Below, in pieces: positions 34,494-45,980 of a stretch of DNA of 64,000 bases. The first letter of the stretch is position 1; the number at the start of each line of letters is the position of its first letter. Source of the stretch: a virus (lineage: Duplodnaviria; Caudoviricetes); IMG/VR virus record IMGVR_UViG_3300033463_006083, positions 32,001 to 96,000 of that record; one strand, given 5' to 3'. The notes beneath the pieces were generated by a model that was not told the origin of the DNA, ran no database searches, and was given only the letters and a program-made list of their open reading frames with translations. A program made the translations under genes and the position numbers.

Positions 34494-35063
34494 CTAGTAT
34501 AAAGAATTACATCCACAACCAGTATAGCAAGGTGGATTTAATACATATCTACCTTGTAAATTTAAAATTGTGTCTGTTGAGTTTTGTACAGCAGCAGTTA
34601 AAGTAGCTGTTTGATTTGCATTAGATAAAGCATCTCTTGTAGTTTGAAGTTTATCACTTAATTCTCTGATATAATTATCTTGAATCATTTGTCTTGTAGC
34701 AGCATTTTCAGTTGTTACTAAGTTTCCAATTGCGGCAATACTATTGCTAATTTGTTGTTGAATATCTTTCATAGCAACTAAATTACTATAATTGCTTGTT
34801 AAAACAGTATCAGTTAATGCGCATTGACCTTGAGCTAATCCTCTAATAGCATTATCTTGTGATTGAAAATATAAACTATTTTGAAGATCACTTTGTCCTA
34901 AAGCTGTTGCTCCATTATTCCAGAAACCACCATTTCCGCCAAATAATAGAATGAAAATAATAATTAATGAGAAAATTCCCATAGAACCACCAAATAATCC
35001 ATCGTTATTATCTCTTGTTAATGCTAATACATCTGCAGCTGACATTCCAGTATTATCGTTCAT
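34494..35063 (-). CDS. Gly-rich membrane-anchored coiled-coil protein of unknown function
   Basis: SAADVLAL...GGSMGIFSLIIIFILLFGGNGG TM helix, ENAATRQMIQ coiled coil and a CYTGCGC tail. Confidence 0.8.
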   Translation of the reverse strand: MNDNTGMSAADVLALTRDNNDGLFGGSMGIFSLIIIFILLFGGNGGFWNNGATALGQSDLQNSLYFQSQDNAIRGLAQGQCALTDTVLTSNYSNLVAMKDIQQQISNSIAAIGNLVTTENAATRQMIQDNYIRELSDKLQTTRDALSNANQTATLTAAVQNSTDTILNLQGRYVLNPPCYTGCGCNSLY

Positions 35064-35114
35064 CTTCTTCCTCCCTTTCCTTAAAATATTTATAATAAAA
35101 AGCTAGTCACGTGC

Positions 35115-35339
35115 CTATCTTCTATTACCATTAATTAAATTAATCATTTGCACAAATTGTTCTTTTGAAATTCCTTTTTCATTACACATTTGCGCAATAC
35201 TTTCCGCTTGTTTTTCTGTTGGTTGGCTTTTAATTGTATTAAAAAGTTGTAATTGTTGCGGATTTAGTAGACTTGTTAGCGCTTGCTGTGGTTGACTTGA
35301 TAGTAGCATCTGTGATAGTATGTTCTGCATGTTTATCAT
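35115..35339 (-). CDS. Small Gln/Met-rich helical protein
   Basis: GGAG RBS. Contains AQMCNEKGIS. Confidence 0.65.
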   Translation of the reverse strand: MINMQNILSQMLLSSQPQQALTSLLNPQQLQLFNTIKSQPTEKQAESIAQMCNEKGISKEQFVQMINLINGNRR

Positions 35340-35709
35340 CCAATCTCTCCTCCAATTCTTTTATTTTCTTTTCTAATTCTTCAATCTTAATATCTTTTTC
35401 ATCTTTAGGAACTATAATATTATAAACTTTAGATATATTTCCATCTACTTCCTTAATAGATATTTTAGAATTTGGTTCATCAATAAACAGAGTTTTTTTA
35501 GATACTATAATATTAGATATATCTTCATTAGGTTTAACATATCGTATATCCGTATCTGAATTACTACCTGTCGCATTAATAATATTTTGAACAGGCGGCT
35601 GCGTATTAATTCCCATATTTTGAGTATATTGAGCTATCATATTTTCAATATTCTCTTTTTGACGATACAATTGATTCATCAATCCCGCATTATTGTAATT
35701 ATAAGGCAT
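35239..35709 (-). CDS. Hypothetical protein
   Basis: AAGGAG RBS before ATG 35709. C-terminal coiled coil. Confidence 0.7.
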   Translation of the reverse strand: MPYNYNNAGLMNQLYRQKENIENMIAQYTQNMGINTQPPVQNIINATGSNSDTDIRYVKPNEDISNIIVSKKTLFIDEPNSKISIKEVDGNISKVYNIIVPKDEKDIKIEELEKKIKELEERLDDKHAEHTITDATIKSTTASANKSTKSATITTF

Positions 35710-35741
35710 ATTTAATCTCCTTTCCATTTTTTAAACAATAT

Positions 35742-35782
35742 AAAAAAGCCAGGCATTAGGAAAATAGACCTAATGCCTGGCT
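35742..35782 (-). terminator. Strong intrinsic terminator inside a 5' leader
   Basis: Perfect 14-bp stem agccaggcattagg/cctaatgcctggct followed by a T-run. Confidence 0.85.
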
Positions 35783-35856
35783 ATGATATTTCGTTATAAT
35801 TTATCTATCCATTTGTTTCAATCCATTTCCCTTTATCAGAGTTTTCTCTCTGACAT

Positions 35857-35898
35857 ATATATTTTATTTTTAATTTAAATAAATTATCAAATTTGTCC
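35857..35898 (-). promoter_or_regulatory. Phage-specific promoter motif
   Basis: GGACAAAT-N26/27-AATATA. Confidence 0.6.
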
Positions 35899-35905
35899 CA
35901 AAATT

Positions 35906-38900
35906 TTATGCATCTGTGCTATCGTTAGTAATATATAATGTATGAGTATTAGGATCTAGTCTAGTTCTAATACCACCTGTTACATTATAATCTGAATTAG
36001 GAACAGTCATTGTTGATTGTCCTGTTTCAATAGTAATATTACCATATCCTAATAACGAAGTACCATTAATTGTTTTAATATTTGTCCCACTAACTAATTC
36101 TGCTTGTTTTTCATCCCAATAAGTAATTTTTGCATCTGTAATATCATATGCTGGACTTGCAGTAAATACAGGATCAGTTTCAGAAGTAATAAATCCACTG
36201 TCATTTGTTAAATCACTTACTTTTGTTGGAATTGTAGGAAGATTAATTAAATCATTATAATCTCCTGTTGTGGCAACACTAGCTAAATCAGAACTTAATG
36301 TATAATAAGTTAAATTATTAACTGCATTTGTAATATATCCCGCATTATTAGTTAAATCACTCGTATCAGTAGGTAAATCAGTCATTCTAGCTAATCTAAC
36401 TGAGCCAGCATCTTTACCAGTTCCAGATGTAGAATCTACATATACATCTCCTTGATATCAAGCTTCTCCTGTTCAAGTTAAAGTATGTGCATTTGATCTT
36501 GCGTCATCCGCAGTACCATTACCAACTATATGAGCATATACATTTGACCCACTAACTATATTATATTTACCTTGAACATGTTGATTATTACTCAATGCTT
36601 CTGTATAATATCCTTCAGCATGTGAATAAATTCCACTTGCCACAGTATTATTTCCTTCAGCATGTGAATAATCTCTTGAAGCTATACTATTATTTCCTTC
36701 TGCATGTGAATAAGTTCCTGAAGCTGTACTACTATTTCCTTCTGCATGCGCACCCATTCCACTTGCAGTTGTATTATTTCCTTCAGCATGTGCTTGTGCT
36801 CCGCTAGCTTCAGTAGTTCAACCTTCTACATGAGAATAATTACCAGAAGCTTCTCCTGATGCTCCTTCTGCATGTGCAGCAGTTCCAGATGCAAGAGATG
36901 AAAAACCTTCTGCATGAGAATAATCACCAGAAGCTTTTGTTGAAACTCCCTCTGCAACAGCACCATTTCCAATAGTATAATTTGTTCCTTCTGTAGAAGA
37001 ACCAATTGTTCTAACACTTCGTGGTTGACTGCCATTAATCCAATTACTATTTGCTAATGATGGATTTGAACCAGCTGTTACATGTCCTTTATTGTCAACA
37101 GTAACAGATGTATATGTTCCAGCAACAACTCCTGATGTAGCATGAGATAATGTTCTAGTACCACTAGTTGTAATTGCTAAATTATCATCAATAACAATTG
37201 GACCAGTTGCATTTAAAGTAATACTTGTAACAGTACCACTTGGTTCGTCACCAGATGGAATCAATATCCAGCCAGTTCCATTACTAATAAACATATCTCC
37301 TACTTTTGCATTTTGACTTGCATAAGTACCATCTGTAATAACTTTATATGTAAAACCACTATTTGCAGCTGCAGCCGCAGGTAAACTAGTTATCGTTCCT
37401 CCTGACCCTAAAGAACCTTTAAATACCATAAAACCAGGAAGTGCGGCAATAGCTGAATCTACATAAGCTGTAGTTGCAACTTTAGTTGAGTTATCTCCAC
37501 TTTGTTGAGTCGTAGCCGTAACACCATTTGTAATAGCACCAGTTAATATTGAAGCTGGTACTGAAGTAATATTAGCTTGACCTGATGTAGCAACACTAGT
37601 ACCATTAACCGCTACTTCTGTAATAGTACCTGTATTAGTTGTATATCCTTGATTAGTTGCGGCAGTAACTCTACCATAACTATCAACTGTAATTCCTTGA
37701 TAGGTTCCTGCAGTAACACCTGAAGCATCTAAAGCTATCGTTCCTGTCGTCGTGATATCTCCACCCGTAAGACCAGTTCCCGCAGTTACTTTAGTTACGG
37801 TTCCTGTATTAGTTGTATATCCACTATCATTTGTAAATGCACTTATATTAGTTGGAATATCGCTTGTTTTAGCAAGTTTAGAAGAACCAGAAGTTTGACT
37901 TGTTCCTCCTACATAAACATCACCTTTATATCATGCATTACCATTCCAATCAACAGTGTGAGCATTTGAACGAGCTGATGTTCCTGTTCCATTACCAATT
38001 ATATGTGCATATGTATTATTACTATCTAATATATTAAATTTACCTTCTACATGTTGATTTTGTCCAGTTGCTGTTGTGTAACGACCTTCAGCATGTGAAG
38101 TTTGACCACTTGCTGTAGTATAATATCCTTCGGCATGAGATCCATTAGTTCCACTTGCTGTAGTATAATACCCTTCAGCATGTGCTTGTGTTCCGCTTGC
38201 GGTTGTTGTATTACCTTCGGCATGAGACGCACTACCAGAAGCCTTAGTTCCAGTACCTTCCGCAAAAGCATAAGTTCCAACTGAATAACTTGAACCATCT
38301 GCCATAGCATAAATTGTTCTTAAACTACCTGAGGCATTTGCATTTACTAAATTACTATTTACTTCGCTTGTTAAAAATCCACTATCATTAGTTAAATCAC
38401 TAACTTTAGTAGGAACAGTAATATTAGCAACTGCATCTGTATTTGAATTTGCTGTAAAATCAACTATTTTAGTTCCATTTTTTTGAATTGTTAATTTTGC
38501 ATCATTAACAACAGGAATTGTAGGTTTATTTGTTAAATCTTCATAGTTTCCACTAAAATCACTTTTAGCATTTCACGCAGTTCTTTCTGCGGCAGTTATA
38601 AATTTATGAGTTTTATTAGTATCATCAACTAAATCACTGCTTAATTTATTTGAACTTGTTATTTCTGACTGTAAACCACTAACTAATCCACCAACAGGAA
38701 TATCAATTGTATTACCATTTTGTAAGGTTAAAATAATCTTTTTATTTGTTGAATCATATTGACCACTGACAACAACAGATTCAAGAGGTAAATCAATAGT
38801 ACTTGAATTTAACACTGTACCTGCACTATTTTTTAATTTTGCAGTAATCTTATAATCTGTAGTATTTACAGATAGTTCTATTTTATTACCTGTAGCAGTT

Positions 38901-39406
38901 TTTAATTCATAATTAGTTAAATTATTAACATCTTTTGTAATAAAACTAGAAACATCTGGTATGTCGCTAATATTTGCCTTACCATTTCAATAATTAATAT
39001 TTGTATTTGTGATGGTTGCAGCAGGACTTCCTCAATATCCAGAATCCACACGTTCATAATGTGCATTACCATTAGGATCGTTTGCTGCGGTTACAAAGTA
39101 ATAAAGTTGATATTTTTTGTCATTGGCTGTCCCAGAAGAAAGTTTAAGCGCATATAAAACATCATCTTTCCCATTCGCAACAGAAGGTAAACTATTAACA
39201 AACAATAATGCCATACCATTTCTTAAAGTAATATCATCAGGAGGTGTAATCATATCCATACTATTAACTATTGTTCATGAAAGAACGCCTTCTTGTGAAA
39301 TAGAAGGAACAAAAATATCACCTTTATCACCTTTCGCATAAAGGTCTACCTCAAGATAATTTTTCCCCTCAATAGGATTACTCATAACAGAATTATTATC
39401 ATCCAT
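35906..39406 (-). CDS. Tail fibre/adhesin with YadA-head-like repeats, 1166 aa (code 4)
   Basis: Six fragments in one frame. Two blocks of 14-aa ASGxxSHAEGxxTx repeats, PTKxSDLTNDSGF repeats, and GNG...RSNAHT.DW.G neck motifs. Confidence 0.85.
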
Positions 39407-39460
39407 GCTATAAAACCTCCTTTTATATTTTTATATCATTTTTCTTTTTCTCACTATAAT

Positions 39461-39533
39461 AATATTTAAAAATACATAAGATAAATAAATTATTTTAGAC
39501 CAAAATAAAAAAGACAATGTTTCCATCGTCTTT
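39461..39533 (-). promoter_or_regulatory. Terminator followed by phage-specific promoter motif
   Basis: aaagacgatg/cattgtcttt stem + T-run, then GGTCTAAA-N26-AAATAT. Confidence 0.7.
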
Positions 39534-42500
39534 TATTTTCCTTCTTTTCAATGACTATCAATTTTTTTATATAATTTTTCAACCCTTTTTCAAGCTCCAT
39601 CTTTTTTATAAAGTAGATGTCCTTTATTTCAAATTTCATTATTTCCTGCAAACAAATCAGCTTGATTATTGGCATTTATAAAAAAAGTATCTGTAATAAC
39701 ATCATATAGACCAACCTTATTATCACGAATTCTTTTACAAGGGAAAAAATCTCTTATTATTGATTGTGTTGCAGTATCAATAATAGTTAAATGATAAAGT
39801 TTTAAATTTGCGGCAGATCCCGCAACAGGATATGTTGTTGAAGGATATTTATAGTTTCTTCCAAAAATATATAAATTGCAATCAGGACCTCCATAAGCAT
39901 TTAATGACTGTTCTTTTATAAAGCCATCAATTTTTAAGCTTTGAACGTTTTGTTGAATAATTAACGAAACACGATGCCTTGTAGTATTTGCAACAATATC
40001 ACTTTCAATAACACCATAATCGGTTGTGGTTGGACTTTCTGAACATGGATATTCAACTGTAAAACGATTATTTGTATTTATGGCTAAATGAAATTGAGGA
40101 TTTCAAGTCCAAGTTCCTTCAGAGTCTCCATAAGCTGCCCCAATAATTGTTTGTCATCCATTTTGTCAAGCTCCAATTGTACTTGTAAATTGAATATCTG
40201 CTTCAATATTTAAATGACTATTGTAATCATTAGGATTAATACCCGTATCAATTCATTGTGCTGCTTGACTTTGAATATAATCTAATTTTTGATATTCTTC
40301 ATAATTTCAACCATTTTTTATCATAATATTAGGAGAACTTCCTTTATATGTTTCAATATTTAATGCAGATGATCAATTTGTACCACCATTATTTTTTGAA
40401 GATATAAAGAAAATATATTTTGTTCAATTATCTAAATTTTCTATTTCCGCACTAGTGTTAGTTCCTAGATTTTGAGAATCTCAAGAGTCTGTATCATCTA
40501 TTCTAACTCATAATTCTACATAACTTGAAATTGTATTAGAATCTGGACCAGGAATTCCAACTTGATTATAATTAGCAATAGCTCCAATTGCATATCACCA
40601 ATTTCCAAAACCAATAGAACCATCTATATAAGAACCAGATTCTATTGTATATGGATCTAAATTAGTTCTCTCTAATCCACCTCAACCATTTCCACTTCAA
40701 CCAATGTGAATACCCTCATAACCAGGTACTTTAGTACCTTGTCCAGTTCCAGTGTAAATATTACATGGTGAATCTGATTGTTTTCATCTGTTATACTCTT
40801 CTGAAAAATTTGGATAGCATAACATAAATTCAAATTTTCCATCATTACGTTTGTATGTATTATCATCTAATAAATATAAACGAGAATATTTATTTTCAGT
40901 TTGAGTATTTTTACATTCTTCAACAGTACTAAATAATACAGTTCCTTCTATATTATTATGATAAAAAATTCTTGCTCAACAAGAATTATCACTTAATTTT
41001 TTAATTGCCATATCATAAATAGGTTTAGCAGGTTTTTTCCTTCAATATAAAGTATAATTTGTAATATTTCCATTGGTATCTCCAGTAGCAGAGCAAGATA
41101 AATCTGTTGAATTATATTTTACATTTGTAGCATTAACATTTAAATTTTTAGGAATGTTAACTAAAGTTGTTTTTTCAACTCCAGAACTTGTACTTGAAAG
41201 TGTCTGTGCAGAATTTTTTGCTTCCATATATAAGCTATATTTTATTCCAGGTGTTAATCCTGTTAAAATATCCGTTCTACTAGTTCCAGAACCAGCAACA
41301 GTATATGTATGTTCTGAACCTCCTTGTGGAGTATAATGCAATATAAAAATTGGATTAACAACACGTTCACAAGAACAGGAAAAACGAATTTTAGTTCTAG
41401 TTACTTGTCCAATAGACAATTGTACTGAACTTGGTTGATCTTCTTCCCAAATAGCATACATAGTGTAAGTACCTGTAGGAGTATAACTACCTGTAGTCCC
41501 TGTTGTTGCAGAAGAACTTGTATTTCATCCTTTAAAAGTATAACCACTTCTAGTAGCTATTGGTAAAGTAATACTTGAATAAGAACCAGTAGAAGAACTA
41601 AATTGTGCATATAATGTTTCACTTGCAGATGGAGTATATGAACCTCCTGAAGTTCCTCGTTTTGTTCCACTGGATGATTGTGTCCATCAACCAGTCAATG
41701 TATATGTAATAGTTGCAGTAGAGTTTAAACTTGTTGTACTACAAGACCCTCCATTTGCGTTAAAAGTAACTGTTCTAGTTGCTGTCCCATTAGATTTTGT
41801 TGCGTTTGGTAAAGAAATTGCACTGTAGGTTCCAGTACTACTACTTCATTGTGCGTATAATGTTTCACTTGCAGATGGAGTATAGGAACCACCATAAGTA
41901 CCTCTCTTAGTGCCTGCGGATGCTTGAGTCCATCAACCAGTTAAAGAATATGTAATGGTTGCCGTTGAAGTTTTTGAAGCAGTGCTACAAGTTCCTCCAT
42001 TTGTTGTCGCATTAAAAGTTACTGTTCTAGAAGAAGAACCATTAGACTTCGTAGCGTTAGGAAAGTTAATTGAACTATAACTACCAGTACTACTACCTCA
42101 TTGTTGATATAATGTTTCTACACCACTAGGAGTATAAGAACCTCCATTGGCACATCTTTTAGTACCACCTGATGTATTTGTATATCAACCATTGCCACTA
42201 TAAGTAACAGTAGCTGAAGATGTTAAACTAGACGAACCTGCAGTTCCACCATTACCATTAAAAGTAACTGTTCTGGAGACACTAGTGTTTGACCTGCTTG
42301 CTGAAGGAGTAGTTATTGCTCCATTCGAAGTTGAAGAATTTCATTGGGCAGTCATTGTTGTTCCTTCATTTGCGGAGTACGTACCACCGCCACCATAAGT
42401 AGCTCCATTTGTAGCTTGTCATGAACTAAAACTATAAGAGGTTGTGTTAACCGCAGTTTTTGAAGTAGGACTAACAGAACCTCCATTGGCATTAAAATTA

Positions 42501-43009
42501 ACCGTATATCCGTTAGCAGTTGTACTGTTTCGTGAAATAGCACTTGCTAAAGTTAAATTTGTTCCATATGTTTTAGTTTGAGCACTTGGAGTAGAAGATC
42601 CTCCGTTTGCATTGTAAGAAACTGTATATGTCGTATAAGACATAGGGATATCAAAATTAAAAGTTAATGTATTTGGAGTAGAAGCACGTGCCTGAACTGT
42701 AAAATTTAAAGTTACACTATTCCCAGTTAAACCGGTTCAAGTTAAAGTTTTACTTAATAAAGCATCTTGATAGCTAGTATTATTAATACGCACATGTTTA
42801 ACAACAGCACTTTGTCCAGATCCACCACATGTAAAAGTTCTAGTTTGATCAATATCATAATATGCACCATAACCAGCTGATGTACTACTATAAGCTTTAA
42901 ATTCTAGTTTAGTTAAACTAACAGTACCATTTTGAGCGGTATATGTTATACGAGCAACACCACCTCAGTTTTTTCCACTAAAGGTAACTCATTTTTCCAA
43001 TGTAGCCAT
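39533..43009 (-). CDS. Multidomain tail fibre: Listeria-Bacteroides (Flg_new)-like repeats, FN3-like and lectin-like domains, 1158 aa (code 4)
   Basis: Repeats VTFNANGG...G[W][W]T...GT.RG..GGSYTPS..ETLYAQ, FN3-like LTGLTPGIKY, and LDYIQS...[W]IDTGINP...RDFFPCKR...GLYDVI. Confidence 0.82.
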
Positions 43010-43022
43010 ATCCTTTTACCTC

Positions 43023-44816
43023 CTATGAATCTATTAATACAAATAAATCTCCATCTTTTCCTAGTGAATCGCTAGGTTCAGTTGAACCACTATAAACAGT
43101 TGGAATTTCATCAATTGTAATTAATTTTTTACTACCTGCATCTTTATTCGTTCCAGATGCAGATTTTACATATATATCTCCTTGATACCATGCATTTCCA
43201 TTTCAATCAACCGTATGAAGATTTGATGGTATTTGTGAAGTTCCATTACCTATGATATGAGCATATAAATTTGAAGAGTCTTCAATATTATATTTACCTT
43301 CAACATGTTGATTACTTCCTTTAGCAGTCGTATAATATCCTTCTGCATGAGAATTATCCCCTTCAGCTTTAGTGCCTTTACCTTCTGCAATTGAATTTTT
43401 CCCAATAGTATAAGAAGCATTTTCTTCTAAAGAATATATATTTCTTAAACTTCCTTCAGAATTTCCATTTCTCATATTTAATATATTAATTTTATTTTTA
43501 ATAACTTCTTGAACAACACCTTTTAAATTTAGTGGGTATTGAATAGTAATAGGAATTTCTAATTGAGTTCCAATAAATTTTTCAGTTCCTTCTGTTCCTA
43601 TTATATAATTAGTATTTTTATTTAAAATTTCATCTTTTGTATATTCTTGCGGATCTTCATCATAATAATAAACATATTGATTATCATAAATATATGACCA
43701 AGTAGAATGAGTTTTTATTGTTGGCAATTGACTAACATTAGCTCTTTTGATACGTTTATACATTTTTCCTTCTTTATAATTAATTTCATCCGCATAATTA
43801 GGAACTGCTAATAAACCATTAGGAAAAATTATTGTATTATTATTATCTTTTAAAGTATATTCTATATCAAAAACAAAATTATCTTCAATATATTCTTCAT
43901 ATTTTGTATCTTCATCTCCAGCTTCAGTTAAATGACAACATAATTTATCAATACTGTTTGTTGGTACTACACATAAATATCCATTAGCAGGTGGTGTATA
44001 ATATTGTAAAAAAGTTGAATCACTTAATGTTTGTCCTCCTGGAATTGCAGTTGTTGTAGGAGAAAGTAATGTTAATCCACGAGAAGATGTTGTTGGAGCA
44101 GTAGCATTTCAAGCAACTCTATAAATTGAATTCTCATTTGCATCATAAATTGTATAAGTATTATTACCTAAACATTCAAATCATATAATACCATACGTAT
44201 TTGTTGAAGCATCTGGTTTACCCGATGTAACATTCCCACTTGCATTAATATAATAATTTTGAATTCTTTTAGTTGTATCATTTTTATTAAATTGATTAAA
44301 TTTTACACTTGTTAATTTTGTAGGTTTTGCAATAGTAATAGTACCAATATATTCAGGAATAAAATGTACTATAATACTATCTCCATTAGAAGCAACTCCT
44401 GTAATAGTAATTCCAAATGTTGAAGCCATATTTACAATTGTTCCGTTACGCTTTCAAGAACCTTGATCATAAATAAAAGTATAGTCTCCTTCATTATTTT
44501 GTACTGCACTTCTAAAAGTTGCAACATTAATTGTTGCTGTAATTGTAGTAGATTCAATATCCATTGTACATTTTTCTTCAATAGTTGTACAATTAACACT
44601 ACCTCTAATACTATTTATAGTAGCTTCTCCATTTAAAACATTTTCACTACCACCAGTTTTTCTATAATTAAATTTAGTATCACTTACAATTTTACTACTA
44701 GAAACTAAATTATTTGCAAATCCAACTGTAGTAGTAGGATATACACCAACAGGATCTATTGCAGGATAAATCTCATTCTGCTTTGCTTCATCACTATAAA
44801 AATGAATTTCTGCCAT
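43023..44816 (-). CDS. Tail fibre-related protein with short YadA-like repeat, 597 aa (code 4)
   Basis: Three fragments in one frame. Contains an SHAEG repeat and a C-terminal PSDSLGKDGDLF motif. Confidence 0.75.
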
Positions 44817-44830
44817 AATTTAGCCTCCTT

Positions 44831-45589
44831 TTAATGAATGTCATAAAATAATCCAGTTGTTATTTTATCTCCATCTATTCTTCCTATTCCCTTTGTTTCA
44901 TTTTGATTTTTTGTATAAGTTACTCCCGTTCCATAAAAAAAGCTATCACCAATTGAATCAGTACCACCAGTAAGATAATAAGTAACATTATTTTCTTTTG
45001 CCTTAATAATTACACTATTTGCATTAAAACGCTCAAAATGTCCAAAATCTTCATCTTCTTCTGGTAATACATAATAATATAAATCATGAAATCTTTTATC
45101 TATTTCTGAGTATGATTCTTGTAATTCTGCGGGAATTGCATAAAATGTTGTATCACTTGGATCTGTAATAGATTCAAGACTTTCAACAATTTGTATATCT
45201 AATGGACCAGGAATTCCTTGTGGACCAGTAATATTTTGAGTAGTTGGATTGGTATAACCTTTATCATTAGTCCAAGAAATATTTCCATTTTCATCTACAC
45301 TAGGAATAAAAGTTGCACCATATCCAGATACTGTAAATACTGTTCTAATAACATCATTAGTATATATATATTCTGTCTTTGTTCATAAATATCTTTTATT
45401 TCCTGCAACGGGAACTGTATCAGATCAATCAGGAGAATCCTCATCAGGAGGATTAACTCCATCATTACTAGTCATATATGTTGTAATTGAAGTGGCAACA
45501 CTTATACCATCTTCTCCACGAGCATAAATTTCTACATTTAATTGATCATCTATTAAGGGTCTTTCACCCATTGTAGTATCATTAACCAT
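44831..45589 (-). CDS. Tail/baseplate adaptor protein, 252 aa (code 4)
   Basis: D[W]SDTVP...YL[W]TKTEY motif, a short collagen-like GPQGIPGP, and an N-terminus paralogous to the 39406 gene. Confidence 0.72.
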
Positions 45590-45591
45590 AA

Positions 45592-45960
45592 TTATAAGCT
45601 CCCTTCTGTAATTTTACTTGCTTCAGGGTAAAGAACAAATAATTTTGGTCCATCTATATCATAACCAATTAAAGTTGTATTATTATTTAATTCAATCTCA
45701 TATCAAAATCTCTTATATCCTGACTTAAAAGGTTCACATAAACTTTTAGTTTCTGCTGAAGTTAAAGATATATCCGCAACATCACTTGCTTCGGTGAGAT
45801 CAATTCTTTTTGTTAATAAAGTATTTTCAAGATTATTTTCTTCACAAATTGATAAGATAATTCAATCTCCAGCCTTAAAGTCACCTGTCCTATTAACTAA
45901 ATGAAGAGTTAGAGCATCTCCTCTATTAACATAAACATTTTTATTAATTATTCTATACAT
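45592..45960 (-). CDS. BppU-like small baseplate protein, 122 aa (code 4)
   Basis: AGGAGG RBS. Contains NRGD...LTSAETK...F[W]YEIEL. Confidence 0.6.
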
Positions 45961-45980
45961 AATTTTCCTCCTTTTCTCTC

